Shown piece by piece: positions 12,229 to 22,654 of a stretch of 64,000 nt of DNA. How positions within the stretch are numbered: position 1 is the stretch's first letter; every line of letters starts with the position of its first letter. The translations under genes were made by a program, and so were the position numbers. The stretch is from Enterobacteriaceae bacterium PC38 (GTDB lineage: Bacteria; Pseudomonadota; Gammaproteobacteria; Enterobacterales; Enterobacteriaceae_A), in NCBI GenBank assembly GCA_030849345.1, contig CP102983.1, positions 66,911-130,910 of the forward strand, given 5' to 3'. The notes below the pieces were generated by a model. That model worked only from the letters and a program-made list of their open reading frames with translations. It ran no database searches and was not told the origin of the DNA.

Positions 12229-13439
12229 ATGATAAATCCTAATTTTTTAAAATATAATAATTTAATAAAAACAAAACAAAAATTAAAATATAAAACTTTT
12301 AATTTAAATATAGAATTTTTAATTTTTATTCAAAAATATAAAAAAATAACAAAATTAAAGTTAGAAAGTATATATATATATAAAAAAAAAAAAAAATAAA
12401 AAAAAAATAAAAAAAAAAAATAAATTTTATGAATATAAAAATTATAGAAAAATTAAAAAATTATTTATCTATTATACCAAATTTACCACATAATTCTACA
12501 TTAAATAATAAAAATAAAATAATAAAATTATGGGGAAAACCAATAATTATTAAACATAAAAAATATAATCATATTAAAATTGGTGAAAAATTAAATGGTT
12601 TAGACTTTAAAACATCAGTAAAATTAAGTTGTGCACGTTTTGTAATAATGAAAGGTAAAATTGCACAAATACATAGAGCTCTTATTCAATTTATGATAGA
12701 TTTTCATATAGAAAAATATAATTATTTAGAAACATATGTACCATATTTAGTTAATCAAAATACTTTATGGGGAACTGGGCAATTACCAAATTTTAATAAA
12801 AAATTAATACATATTAAATCTTATAATAAATTAAATCAAAATAATCAATATACATTAATTCCTACAGGTGAAGTACCATTAACTAATTTATTTAATAATA
12901 AAATTATTAAATATAATATGTTACCTTTAAAATTGATAACTCATACTCCATGTTTTAGAGCAGAAAAAATATCATATGGAAAAGAAAATCAAGGGTTAAT
13001 TAGAATGATACAATTTGATAAAGTAGAAATAATGCAAATAACATCAAATAAATTTTCTATGAATATTTTAGAAGAAATTACTAAAAATGCAGAAAAAATT
13101 TTACAATTATTAAAATTACCATATAGAAAAAATTTATTATGTGCTAAAAATTTAGGTTTTAGTTCATCTAAAACATATGATTTAGAAGTTTGGATGCCTT
13201 CACAGAAAAAATATTATGAAATATCTTCATGTTCTAATATGACAGATTTTCAATCTAGAAGAATTAATATTAAATATTTTAAAAAAAAAAAAAAAAAATT
13301 AGTACATACATTAAATGGTTCTGGATTAGCTATTAGTAGAACATTAGCAGCAATTCTTGAAAATTATCAAAAAAAAAATGGTAAAATAGAGGTACCTAAA
13401 ATATTATATCCTTATATGAAAAATTTAAAGTATTTATAA
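12229..13439 (+). CDS. serS: Seryl-tRNA synthetase, frame-disrupted in poly(A) tracts at 12382-12420
   Basis: Upstream fragment MINPNFLK matches the SerRS N-terminus (MLDPNLLR); downstream fragment has IPNLP, LIPTGEVPLTN, TPCFRAE, QFDKVE, EISSCSN, HTLNGSGLAISR. Confidence 0.93.
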
Positions 13440-13459
13440 AATAAATAAATTATATTTAA

Positions 13460-14206
13460 TTACCAATATTTTTCAATTGTTATATTTCCTTTTTTAAAAC
13501 GTAAATGTTTTTTCATATTTCTAAATTTTATTAATATATTTTGAGTATTTTTAATCATATTAGGGTTTCCACAAATCATAATGTGACTATTTTTATAATT
13601 TAAATTTAAACCTATTATTTTTTCTAAAAAACCATTTATAATAAATTTATTTATACGACCATTTAAAGTACTATAAATTTTTTCACGACTAATAATATTT
13701 AAAATATGTAACTTACCATAATAATTGTTTCTTAAATTTTTAATTTCACAATTATAATTACAATTTGTAAGAAATTTATTAACATAAATTAAAACTAAAT
13801 TTTTAAATCTTTCTAAATTTTTATTTTCACTTAATATTGATAAATATGGACCTATTCCTGTATTAGTACAAATCATCCATAATGTTTTACATTTAGGTAT
13901 TTCATCTAATATAAAAAATCCGAACGATTTTTTAGAAATTTTTATTTTTTTATTAATTTTTGAATTAAATAATTTATAACTAAATTTACCATTTGGAATA
14001 AATAAAATATAAAATTCTAAAATTAAATTTTGAGAATTATTAACAAAAGAATAAGCTCTATAAATATATTTTTTTTTAATTTTTATAGATATTTTAGTAA
14101 ATTGTCCTGATATAAATTTATCAATAGATGCTTTAATAAAAATTTTAAATAAGTTATTTGGATATTTTTTAATATCTAAAATATTTCCAATAACCCAATT
14201 ATTCAT
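13460..14206 (-). CDS. fpr: Ferredoxin/flavodoxin-NADP+ reductase
   Basis: MNNWVIG, GQFTKI, RAYSFVN, TGIGPYLSIL, MICGNPNMI, C-terminal EKYW. Confidence 0.93.
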   Translation of the reverse strand: MNNWVIGNILDIKKYPNNLFKIFIKASIDKFISGQFTKISIKIKKKYIYRAYSFVNNSQNLILEFYILFIPNGKFSYKLFNSKINKKIKISKKSFGFFILDEIPKCKTLWMICTNTGIGPYLSILSENKNLERFKNLVLIYVNKFLTNCNYNCEIKNLRNNYYGKLHILNIISREKIYSTLNGRINKFIINGFLEKIIGLNLNYKNSHIMICGNPNMIKNTQNILIKFRNMKKHLRFKKGNITIEKYW

Positions 14207-14328
14207 ATAAATACCTTAATGTAATATATTAACTTTAAATATTATAATTTAAAATTTTTTATTTTAATAAAATTAATATATTTTATTGATTAAAATTTAT
14301 TAAATTTAATATTAAATTAATCACAAAA

Positions 14329-15420
14329 TTATAAATATGTATTAAATTCAATAATACCCCCACCTAAACAAAATTTTTCTAAGTAAAAAACAACAAATTG
14401 ACCTTTAGTTATAGATATAATTGGTTTTTTAAATTGAACTAAAATATATTTTGCATCAATAGGTATAATAATACAGAAAATTTTTTTTTGTTTATAACGA
14501 GTTTTAACATAACATACAAAAGGTTTAATTATAAACTTATTTTTATTCCAATATATTTTTTTTGTTATTAAATTTTTAGACATTAATAAATAATGTTTAT
14601 TGCTTTGAACAACAATTATATTTTTTGTTTTTTTTTCAATTACGTAAAATGGATTTTGTTTTTTATAAATTCCTCCAATACTTAAACCTTTTCTTTGCCC
14701 TATTGTAAAATATATAATACCTTTATGAGTACCAATAATTTGACTATTTTTTGTAATTATTAAACCTGGATTAATATTTAAAAAAAAATTAATAAATATA
14801 TTAAATTTTTTTTTACCAATAAAACAAATTCCAGTTGAATCTTTTTTATTAAAATTAATTAAATTAAGTTTTTTAGCTATATATCGTAATTCTGGTTTTT
14901 TTAAAAAACTAATAGGAAATAAAATTTTTTTAAGTTTTTTATTACTTAAATTATGTAAAAAATAACTTTGATCTTTATTTTTATCAAAAGAACATAAAAT
15001 ATAAAAATTATTTTTAATATTTTTAATATTAGTATAATGTCCAGTAGCAACATAATTTGATTTTAAATAATTTATAGCATAATCTAAAAAAAATTTAAAT
15101 TTAATTTTTTTATTACATAAAATATCTGGATTAGGAGTATTACCTATATTATATTCTTTTAAAAATAAAATAAATATATTTTCCCAATATTCATATGAAA
15201 AATTAATTTTTTTAAATATTACTTTAAATAAATTACAAATATTTTTTGAATCATATAAATCTTTATAAAAAGTACATTTTTTTTTTGTAATATTTTCTTC
15301 CCAATTTTTCATATAAACACCTATTACATTATAACCCATTTTAATTAATATATATATTGCAATAGATGAATCTACGCCACCAGATATACCAACAGTAATT
15401 TTTTTTTTATTTAAAAACAT
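14329..15420 (-). CDS. mnmA: tRNA 2-thiouridylase
   Basis: SGGVDSS, TPNPDILCN, ATGHY, KDQSYFL, KKDSTGICFIG, CLGGG. Confidence 0.97.
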   Translation of the reverse strand: MFLNKKKITVGISGGVDSSIAIYILIKMGYNVIGVYMKNWEENITKKKCTFYKDLYDSKNICNLFKVIFKKINFSYEYWENIFILFLKEYNIGNTPNPDILCNKKIKFKFFLDYAINYLKSNYVATGHYTNIKNIKNNFYILCSFDKNKDQSYFLHNLSNKKLKKILFPISFLKKPELRYIAKKLNLINFNKKDSTGICFIGKKKFNIFINFFLNINPGLIITKNSQIIGTHKGIIYFTIGQRKGLSIGGIYKKQNPFYVIEKKTKNIIVVQSNKHYLLMSKNLITKKIYWNKNKFIIKPFVCYVKTRYKQKKIFCIIIPIDAKYILVQFKKPIISITKGQFVVFYLEKFCLGGGIIEFNTYL

Positions 15421-15658
15421 ATTTAAAAATTTAAAAGATAAAAATTAAATTTTAAAAATTTATATAATTATATTTTAATAAATTTTATAATATTTATAAT
15501 TTAATAATTAATTATATAAAATTATAATAATAATATTAGTTTATTATTATAAAATAAATTTTAAATATATTAAAATATAAAATATACAAATTATTTAATA
15601 TTAAAATAATAAATAAATTTATTAATTTAGTAATAAAATTTTGAAAAAATGGAAATTA

Positions 15659-16246
15659 ATGCAAATTGAAAAAATTGCAGAAACTAAACTCCCAACTAAA
15701 TGGGGTGAATTTTTAATGATAGGATTTAAGGAATTTAAAACAAAACGAGAACATTTAGCTTTAATTTTAGGTGATATAAAAAGAGATAAACCGATATTAT
15801 CTCGTATACATTCAGAATGTTTAACTGGAGATGCGTTATTTAGTTTAAGGTGTGATTGCGGTTTTCAATTAAAATGCGCTTTTAAAAAATTAAAAGAAGA
15901 AGGAAATGGAATATTATTATATCATAGACAAGAAGGAAGAAATATAGGATTATTAAATAAATTAAAAGCATATTCTTTACAAGATAAAGGTTTTGATACA
16001 GTAGAAGCTAATCATAAATTAGGTTTTTTAGATGATGAAAGAGATTTTTCATTATGTGCAGATATGTTAAAATTAATTAATGTATATAAAATTAAATTAT
16101 TAACAAACAATCCTAAAAAAATTAAAATTTTATCTAATTTTGGTATTATAATTACAGAAAGATTACCTTTAATAACAGAAACTAATCAAAATAATAAAAA
16201 ATATTTAAAAATTAAAAAAAGAAAAATGGGACATATGTTCAAATAA
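15659..16246 (+). CDS. ribA: GTP cyclohydrolase II
   Basis: [38 protein letters not shown]; start at ATG 15659 (MQIEKIAE) matches the family. Confidence 0.97.
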   Translation: MQIEKIAETKLPTKWGEFLMIGFKEFKTKREHLALILGDIKRDKPILSRIHSECLTGDALFSLRCDCGFQLKCAFKKLKEEGNGILLYHRQEGRNIGLLNKLKAYSLQDKGFDTVEANHKLGFLDDERDFSLCADMLKLINVYKIKLLTNNPKKIKILSNFGIIITERLPLITETNQNNKKYLKIKKRKMGHMFK

Positions 16247-16284
16247 TTAATATTTAAAATATTATTTTAAAAAAATATTATAAA

Positions 16285-16809
16285 TTAAATAATTATTTTA
16301 TATTTTTTTAATTCTATTTTTAATTCTTTTATCCATTTGTTAATTCTAATATTAGTTAATTCTGGTTGTCTATCTTCATCGATTATTAATCCTATAAATT
16401 TATTATTAATTAATAAACTTTTTGATTTTTCAAAAAAATATCCTTTATTTTTCCAATAACCTATTATATTAGCTCCAAGTGGATATATAATATTATATAT
16501 ATCTTTAATAGCATCACAAAAATATTCAGAATAATCTTCTTGATCTCCGCAACCAAATAAACCAACATATTTTTTTTTAAAATTTATTTTTTTTAAAATA
16601 GGAAAAAAATTAAACCAATCACTTTGAGGTTCTCCGTAATACCAAGTAGATATTCCAAATAGTAATATATTATATTTTTCTATTTTTTTTTTATTAATTT
16701 TAGAAATATTATATAAATTTGCATTTTTTCCTATTTTTTTTTTAATAATTTTTGCTACTTTTTTTGTATTACCTGTTTCACTACCAAAAAAAATACCTAT
16801 ACTATACAT
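16285..16809 (-). CDS. fldA: Flavodoxin
   Basis: GIFFGSETGNT, TWYYGE, FGCGDQEDYSEYFCDA, DEDRQPELT. Confidence 0.96.
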   Translation of the reverse strand: MYSIGIFFGSETGNTKKVAKIIKKKIGKNANLYNISKINKKKIEKYNILLFGISTWYYGEPQSDWFNFFPILKKINFKKKYVGLFGCGDQEDYSEYFCDAIKDIYNIIYPLGANIIGYWKNKGYFFEKSKSLLINNKFIGLIIDEDRQPELTNIRINKWIKELKIELKKYKIII

Positions 16810-16889
16810 TTAATATTCTTATAAAATTATAATAATTTTAATTTCATTTAAATTTAAATATTTATTTAAGTTAAATTTAAATATTTTAC

Positions 16890-16917
16890 TTGATTATTTT
16901 AAATTATTAAATATAAT
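16890..16917 (+). promoter_or_regulatory. Probable sigma70 promoter of the tRNA Met-Leu-Gln operon
   Basis: TTGATT (16890-16895), 16 bp, TATAAT (16912-16917), ending 14 bp before tRNA-Met. Confidence 0.55.
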
Positions 16918-16931
16918 AATTTTTAAAATAT

Positions 16932-17005
16932 AGCTATGTAGCTCAGTAGGTTAGAGCACATTATTCATAATGATGAGGTCGCAGGTTCAAATCCTGCCAT
17001 AGCTA
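16932..17005 (+). tRNA. metT: tRNA-Met(CAT), elongator
   Basis: AGCTATG/CATAGCT acceptor stem, CAT anticodon, GGTTCAAATCC T-arm; metT-leuW-glnU order; no encoded CCA. Confidence 0.92.
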
Positions 17006-17013
17006 AATTAAAA

Positions 17014-17095
17014 GCGGGAGTGGCGAAATTGGCAGACGCATCAGATTTAGGATCTGACACTATATAGTGTACGAGTTCAAATCTCGTCTCCCGTA
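17014..17095 (+). tRNA. leuW: tRNA-Leu(TAG)
   Basis: GCGGGAG/CTCCCGT stem, TCAGA-TTTAGGA-TCTGA anticodon arm, long variable arm. Confidence 0.95.
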
Positions 17096-17101
17096 TAAAA
17101 T

Positions 17102-17173
17102 TGGGGTGTAGCCAAGTGGTTAAGGCACCGGTTTTTGATACCGGTAACCCTGGTTCAAATCCAGGCACCTCAG
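17102..17173 (+). tRNA. glnU: tRNA-Gln(TTG)
   Basis: TGGGGTG/CACCTCA stem, CCGGT-TTTTGAT-ACCGG anticodon arm, GGTTCAAATCC. Confidence 0.95.
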
Positions 17174-18510
17174 TTTTTAAATGTTTTAAAAAATGGATTT
17201 TTAGTTTCTTTAAATTTTAATAAAATTTTAGTTCCTAAGATATTTAATTTTTTTTTAAAATAATTAATTAAATATTTTTTATATAAATTATTTATTTGTT
17301 TAACTTTATTACCATGTATAACAATTGTAAATGGATTATGGTTACCTAAATGAACATATTTTAATGTAATATATTTATTTTTAAATAGAGGAGGTTTATG
17401 TTTTATAATAGCGTTATTCATTATTTTATTTAAAATAGATGTTTTTATTTTTTTAATAGTAGAAAAATAAGTTAATTCTATTGATTTAAATAAACTATTT
17501 ATACCTAAACCTAATAAACCTGATATAAATTTTATATAAGTATTTTTAATAAATTTTAAACGTTCTATAATTAAATTTTTAGTTTTAATATATTTTAATT
17601 TATTTATTTTATCTAACTTATTAAATATAATAATTATTGAATTTCCATTTTGTATAATAAAATTAATTAATATTAAATCTTTATTAGATATTTTATCATT
17701 TATATCAAATAAAAGCAATATTATATTAGATTTTTTAATAATTTTTAAAGTTTTAATTAAATTTAAATTTTTTTTTTTTATTTTATTAATATTTATAATT
17801 CCAGGAGTATCTGTAATTATATAACTAATATTATTATAAATAAATGGAGTATATATACAATCATTAGTTGTACCTGATATATTATGAACAATCATTCTGT
17901 CTTCATTTAAAATATAATTTATTAAAGTTGATTTTCCAACATTTGGTTTTCCTATAATAGTTAGTTTTATTGGATTATTTATTTTTTTTATTTTTTTTTT
18001 AACAATTATTTTTTTTTTTTTAATAAATATTAAAATTTTTTTAAATAAAAAATTAATACCATAACCATTATAAGCTGAAATTGGAAATATTTCTTTAGTT
18101 AAACCTAAAGAAAAAAAATTTAAATTAACTGTTATATAATTTAATTTATCAATTTTATTAACAACTAAAAAAATTTTTTCTTTAAATTCATAAATATATT
18201 TATTTAATATTTTATCTTCTAATAATAAACCATCAAAAGCACTTACTAAAAATAATATAATATTACTTTTTTTAATTGATAAAAAAGTTTTAGCTGCTAT
18301 TTTAATCTGAATCTCATCTTTTAAATTATCAATACCCCCAGTATCAATAATAATAAATTTTATACCTTTAATGTTTATATAACCATAATTTATGTCTCTT
18401 GTTGAATTTTTATAATTATTAACTAAAGATTTTTTTTTACATAATAAATAATTAAATAAAGTAGATTTACCAACATTTGATCTACCAATAATTGTTATAA
18501 TATAAGTCAT
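17170..18510 (-). CDS. der: Ribosome biogenesis GTPase Der (EngA)
   Basis: Two G domains (GRSNVGKST, DTGG, NKID; GKPNVGKST, DTPG, NKLD) and C-terminal NPF; follows hisS. Confidence 0.96.
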   Translation of the reverse strand: MTYIITIIGRSNVGKSTLFNYLLCKKKSLVNNYKNSTRDINYGYINIKGIKFIIIDTGGIDNLKDEIQIKIAAKTFLSIKKSNIILFLVSAFDGLLLEDKILNKYIYEFKEKIFLVVNKIDKLNYITVNLNFFSLGLTKEIFPISAYNGYGINFLFKKILIFIKKKKIIVKKKIKKINNPIKLTIIGKPNVGKSTLINYILNEDRMIVHNISGTTNDCIYTPFIYNNISYIITDTPGIININKIKKKNLNLIKTLKIIKKSNIILLLFDINDKISNKDLILINFIIQNGNSIIIIFNKLDKINKLKYIKTKNLIIERLKFIKNTYIKFISGLLGLGINSLFKSIELTYFSTIKKIKTSILNKIMNNAIIKHKPPLFKNKYITLKYVHLGNHNPFTIVIHGNKVKQINNLYKKYLINYFKKKLNILGTKILLKFKETKNPFFKTFKN

Positions 18511-18565
18511 TATAACTCCATTAATAATATATTAAAATAAAATATATATATATAATTAAATAAAT

Positions 18566-19852
18566 TTATAGTTTTTTATAAAAAAATATTTTCAAAAAAA
18601 AAATAATTTCATTAATAGGTAATATTAATTGTATTTTATTATTTATATTTTTAATTGTTAGAATTTTATTATATATTTCATTGTCACCAATTATTATAGC
18701 TATAATAGAAAAAATATTATTAGAATTAATTAATTGTTTTTTAATATTTAAATTATTATAATTATTTAAAATTTTAAGTTTTGGTAATTTAATATGTATA
18801 TATTCTGCTAATTTAATCGAATTAAATTTAATATTAAAATTATTAAATGAAATTATATTAATATCTATTTTAAATTTATATTTAGAAATATTTTTAACTT
18901 TTTTAATTAACAAAATTAATCTTTCTAATCCTATTGCACAACCGATAGCTGGAATTTTATTCCCCCCTAATTGTTCAACTAATTTATCATATCTACCTCC
19001 ACCACAAATAGTACTATTAAAATTAATATTTTTAGTTACCCATTCAAAAACTGTATAATTATAATAATCTAAACCTCTTACAATACTTTTATTAATATTA
19101 TATTTAATACCTATATTTTTTAATATTTTACATAATTTATAAAAATGTATTTTAGATTTTATACTTAAATATTTTGTAATACAAGGAGCTTTATTTATTA
19201 TTTTTTTTATTTTAATATTTTTGGTTTCTAATATACGTATTGGGTTTTTATATATTCTTTTAATATTTTTTAAATCTAATAAATTAATATTTTTAATAAA
19301 AAATTTTTTTAAAATATAATTATATTTTATTCTAGTTTTAATAGAACCAATTGTATTAATTTCTAAAGTAATATAATTAGATAAACCTAAAATTTTCCAT
19401 AATCTACATATTATTAAAATTATTTCAGCATCAATTTGTGGTCCTTGTAAACCAAATATTTCAATACCTATTTGATTAAATTGACGATATCTACCCTTTT
19501 GAGGTCTTTCATATCTAAACATCGGTCCAATATACCATAAACGTTGTTCTTTATTATATAAAAAATTATGTTCTATACCAGATCTTACACAACTAATAGT
19601 CGCTTCTGGTCTTAAAGTAATTTTTTTCATATTACGATCATTAAAACTAAACATTTCTTTTTTAATTATATCAGTTTGATTATTTAATGTTTTTTTAAAT
19701 AAAATAGTTTTTTCTATAATAGGTAATCTGATTTCATTATAACCATAAGAAATGATTAAATTTTTAATAATATTTTCAATTTTTTGCCATAAATTAATAT
19801 CACTAGGTAGTAAATCATTCATTCCACGTATAGATTTTATTTTTTTAATCAC
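18566..19852 (-). CDS. hisS: Histidyl-tRNA synthetase (GTG start)
   Basis: SIRGMND, TLRPEAT, GPMFRYERPQKGRYRQF, VRGLDYY, GGGRYD. Confidence 0.98.
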   Translation of the reverse strand: MIKKIKSIRGMNDLLPSDINLWQKIENIIKNLIISYGYNEIRLPIIEKTILFKKTLNNQTDIIKKEMFSFNDRNMKKITLRPEATISCVRSGIEHNFLYNKEQRLWYIGPMFRYERPQKGRYRQFNQIGIEIFGLQGPQIDAEIILIICRLWKILGLSNYITLEINTIGSIKTRIKYNYILKKFFIKNINLLDLKNIKRIYKNPIRILETKNIKIKKIINKAPCITKYLSIKSKIHFYKLCKILKNIGIKYNINKSIVRGLDYYNYTVFEWVTKNINFNSTICGGGRYDKLVEQLGGNKIPAIGCAIGLERLILLIKKVKNISKYKFKIDINIISFNNFNIKFNSIKLAEYIHIKLPKLKILNNYNNLNIKKQLINSNNIFSIIAIIIGDNEIYNKILTIKNINNKIQLILPINEIIFFLKIFFYKKL

Positions 19853-19950
19853 TTTTTAAAATTTTTAAAAAATTATTAAATTATTTAATTTTTAAAATAA
19901 AATTTATATTATTTAAATAAAATTATTTTAAAATAAAATATTTATATTTA

Positions 19951-21012
19951 TTAAAATTTAATACGATTAAATACTTTACCTGATAATTGTCCACATGCTG
20001 CATTAATATCTCTACCTCTATTATTTCTAATAGTAACAATAAAACCATAATTTAATAATATATTATAAAATTTTTTAATTTTATTATTAGAACTACATAA
20101 ATATTTAGAATTTAAAAATTTATTAAATGGTATTAAATTAATCTTACATAATATATTTTTTAAAATATAAGCTAATTGATGTGCATATTTTTCTTTATCA
20201 TTAATATTTTTTAACATAATATATTCAATTGTTATACCATTTTTATTTGCTTTAGAATTATAAATATAATTTTTAACTGATTTTAAAATATTTTCAATAT
20301 TATATTTTATATTAAATGGAATTATAAGATTACGAATTTTATTATTAGAAGCATGTAAAGATAAAGCTAATTTAATATCTAAATATTTTTTTAAATTATT
20401 AATTGCAGGTATTATACCAACAGTAGATAAAGTTATTTTACGTTTTGAAAAATTAAAACAATATTTATCAAGCATAATTAATATTGAGGTAATAATATTT
20501 TTAAAATTTAATAATGGTTCTCCCATCCCCATTATAACTATATTTGTTATTAAACGTAAATTTTTTTTTTTAACGAATTTCATAACATTTAAAATTTGAC
20601 TAATAATTTCAAAAGTATATAAATTTCTATTATAACCTTGTTTTCCAGTTAAACAAAATTTGCATCCTAATGAACATCCAATCTGTGAAGATATACATAA
20701 TGTAGCACGATTATATTCTGGTATATAAATAGTTTCAATTTTTTGTTTATTTATTTCCATAATAAATTTTATTGTACCATCATATGAATAATTTAATTTA
20801 AATAAATTTAAAGTATTTATATAAATAATTTTTTTAATTTTAACTAAAGTATTTTGATTTAAATTATTAAATAAATTAAAATTATTATTTTTAAAATTAT
20901 ATATTTTTTTAACCATTTGTTTTGCACGAAAAGATTGTTCTCCTAATATGATAAAAAGTAAAAAAATTTCTTGATAACCTATATTTAATAAATTAATTTT
21001 TTTTAATAACAA
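19951..21012 (-). CDS. rlmN: Dual-specificity RNA methyltransferase (radical SAM)
   Basis: LCISSQIGCSLGCKFC, MGMGEPLLN, SLHA, NLIPFN, RGRDINAACGQL. Confidence 0.96.
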   Translation of the reverse strand: MLLKKINLLNIGYQEIFLLFIILGEQSFRAKQMVKKIYNFKNNNFNLFNNLNQNTLVKIKKIIYINTLNLFKLNYSYDGTIKFIMEINKQKIETIYIPEYNRATLCISSQIGCSLGCKFCLTGKQGYNRNLYTFEIISQILNVMKFVKKKNLRLITNIVIMGMGEPLLNFKNIITSILIMLDKYCFNFSKRKITLSTVGIIPAINNLKKYLDIKLALSLHASNNKIRNLIIPFNIKYNIENILKSVKNYIYNSKANKNGITIEYIMLKNINDKEKYAHQLAYILKNILCKINLIPFNKFLNSKYLCSSNNKIKKFYNILLNYGFIVTIRNNRGRDINAACGQLSGKVFNRIKF

Positions 21013-21148
21013 TTTAACCTTAAAATAAAATTATAAATTATTTAAATAATAAAAATTATTTTATAATTAAATAAAATTAAAAATATATTAATAAATTTAA
21101 AAATATTAATAAATTAAAATCTTAAAATAAATATTTATTGGAATTTAT

Positions 21149-22555
21149 ATGTTTAAACAACAAGTAGGTGTTATTGGAATGGCAATTATGGGTAAAAATT
21201 TAGCTTTAAACATAGAAAGTAAAGGTTATACAGTTTCAATATTTAATAGAACGCCAAAAAGTACTAATGAAGTAATTTTAAACAATCCTAACAAAAATAT
21301 AAAACCATATTATACACTTAAAAACTTTGTAAAATCAATTATAAAACCAAGAAGAATTTTTATTATGGTAAAATCAGGTAAAGCGACAATAGAAGTAATT
21401 AATTATTTAATTAAATTTATAAGTAAAAAAGATATAATTATAGATTGTGGAAATACATATTATAAAAATAGTATTAAAATGAATAATAAATTAAATTCAA
21501 TGGGGTTTTATTATATCGGTGCTGGAATTTCGGGAGGAGAAGAAGGAGCATTAAAAGGACCAGCAATTATGCCTGGAGGAAATTTAACAGCATATAAATT
21601 AATTTTACCAATTTTTAAAAAAATAGCTGCTTCATATAAAAATGAACCATGTGTAAATTATATTGGTAAAAATGGTTCAGGACATTATGTTAAAATGATA
21701 CATAATGGTATAGAATATAGTGATATGCAATTAATATCTGAAACTTATTTTATATTAAAAAAAGGATTAAATTTAAACAATAAACAAATAAGTAAAATTT
21801 TTGAAAATTGGAATAAAGGGGAATTAAATAGTTATTTGATTGAAATAACAAAAAATATTTTAATTAAAAAAGATAAAAATAAAAAATATTTAATTGATGT
21901 TATATCAGATGAAGCAAATAATAAAGGAACAGGAAAATGGATGTGTGAAGAAGCATTAAATTTAAAAGAACCATTAAATTTAATAATGCAATCAGTTTTT
22001 ATGAGATATATATCAAATATGAAAAAACAACGTTTAAAAGCATCTAAAATATTAAAATGTTCTGAAAATAAATATAAAATTAAAAATAAAATAAATTTTA
22101 TTAAAAAAATTAAACAATCACTTTATTTTAGTAAAATAATTTCATATGCTCAAGGTTTTTCTCAATTAACTAAAGCATCAAAAAAAAATAAATGGAATCT
22201 AAATTATAGTAATATAGCAAAAATTTTTAGATCAGGTTGTATTATAAAAGCTAAACTTTTACAAAACATTACAAATTCATATATTAAAAATCCAAATATT
22301 AAAAATATTTTATTAACAAAATATTTTTCTAATATAATAAATAATTATCAAAATTCATTACGTGATGTTATTATTTTTTCAATTAGATTAGGAATTCCAA
22401 TACCAGTATTTAATGCATCAATATCTTATTATGATAGTTATAGATGCGCAAATTTATCAACTAATTTAATACAAGCTCAACGTGATTATTTTGGAGCACA
22501 TACTTATAAACGTATTGATAAAAATGGTATTTATCATACTAAATGGTTAAAATAA
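21149..22555 (+). CDS. gnd: 6-phosphogluconate dehydrogenase
   Basis: GMAIMGKNLALN, SGGEEGA, GHYVKMIHNGIEY, LIQAQRDYFGAHTY. Confidence 0.98.
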   Translation: MFKQQVGVIGMAIMGKNLALNIESKGYTVSIFNRTPKSTNEVILNNPNKNIKPYYTLKNFVKSIIKPRRIFIMVKSGKATIEVINYLIKFISKKDIIIDCGNTYYKNSIKMNNKLNSMGFYYIGAGISGGEEGALKGPAIMPGGNLTAYKLILPIFKKIAASYKNEPCVNYIGKNGSGHYVKMIHNGIEYSDMQLISETYFILKKGLNLNNKQISKIFENWNKGELNSYLIEITKNILIKKDKNKKYLIDVISDEANNKGTGKWMCEEALNLKEPLNLIMQSVFMRYISNMKKQRLKASKILKCSENKYKIKNKINFIKKIKQSLYFSKIISYAQGFSQLTKASKKNKWNLNYSNIAKIFRSGCIIKAKLLQNITNSYIKNPNIKNILLTKYFSNIINNYQNSLRDVIIFSIRLGIPIPVFNASISYYDSYRCANLSTNLIQAQRDYFGAHTYKRIDKNGIYHTKWLK

Positions 22556-22654
22556 ATAAAAATATAAATATTCTAAATTTTGTAAAGTTATTTTATAAAT
22601 AAAGCAAATAATAATAATAAAAATACAAATACTAAAATATAATTTATAACATTT

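Noticed and set aside
12217..12399. 60-aa ORF as an independent small gene
   Set aside because: It matches the SerRS N-terminus and is treated as the first part of serS.
16965..17168. 67-aa minus-strand ORF
   Set aside because: It is the antisense reading of three tRNA genes (the GFEP-type peptides are T-arm shadows).
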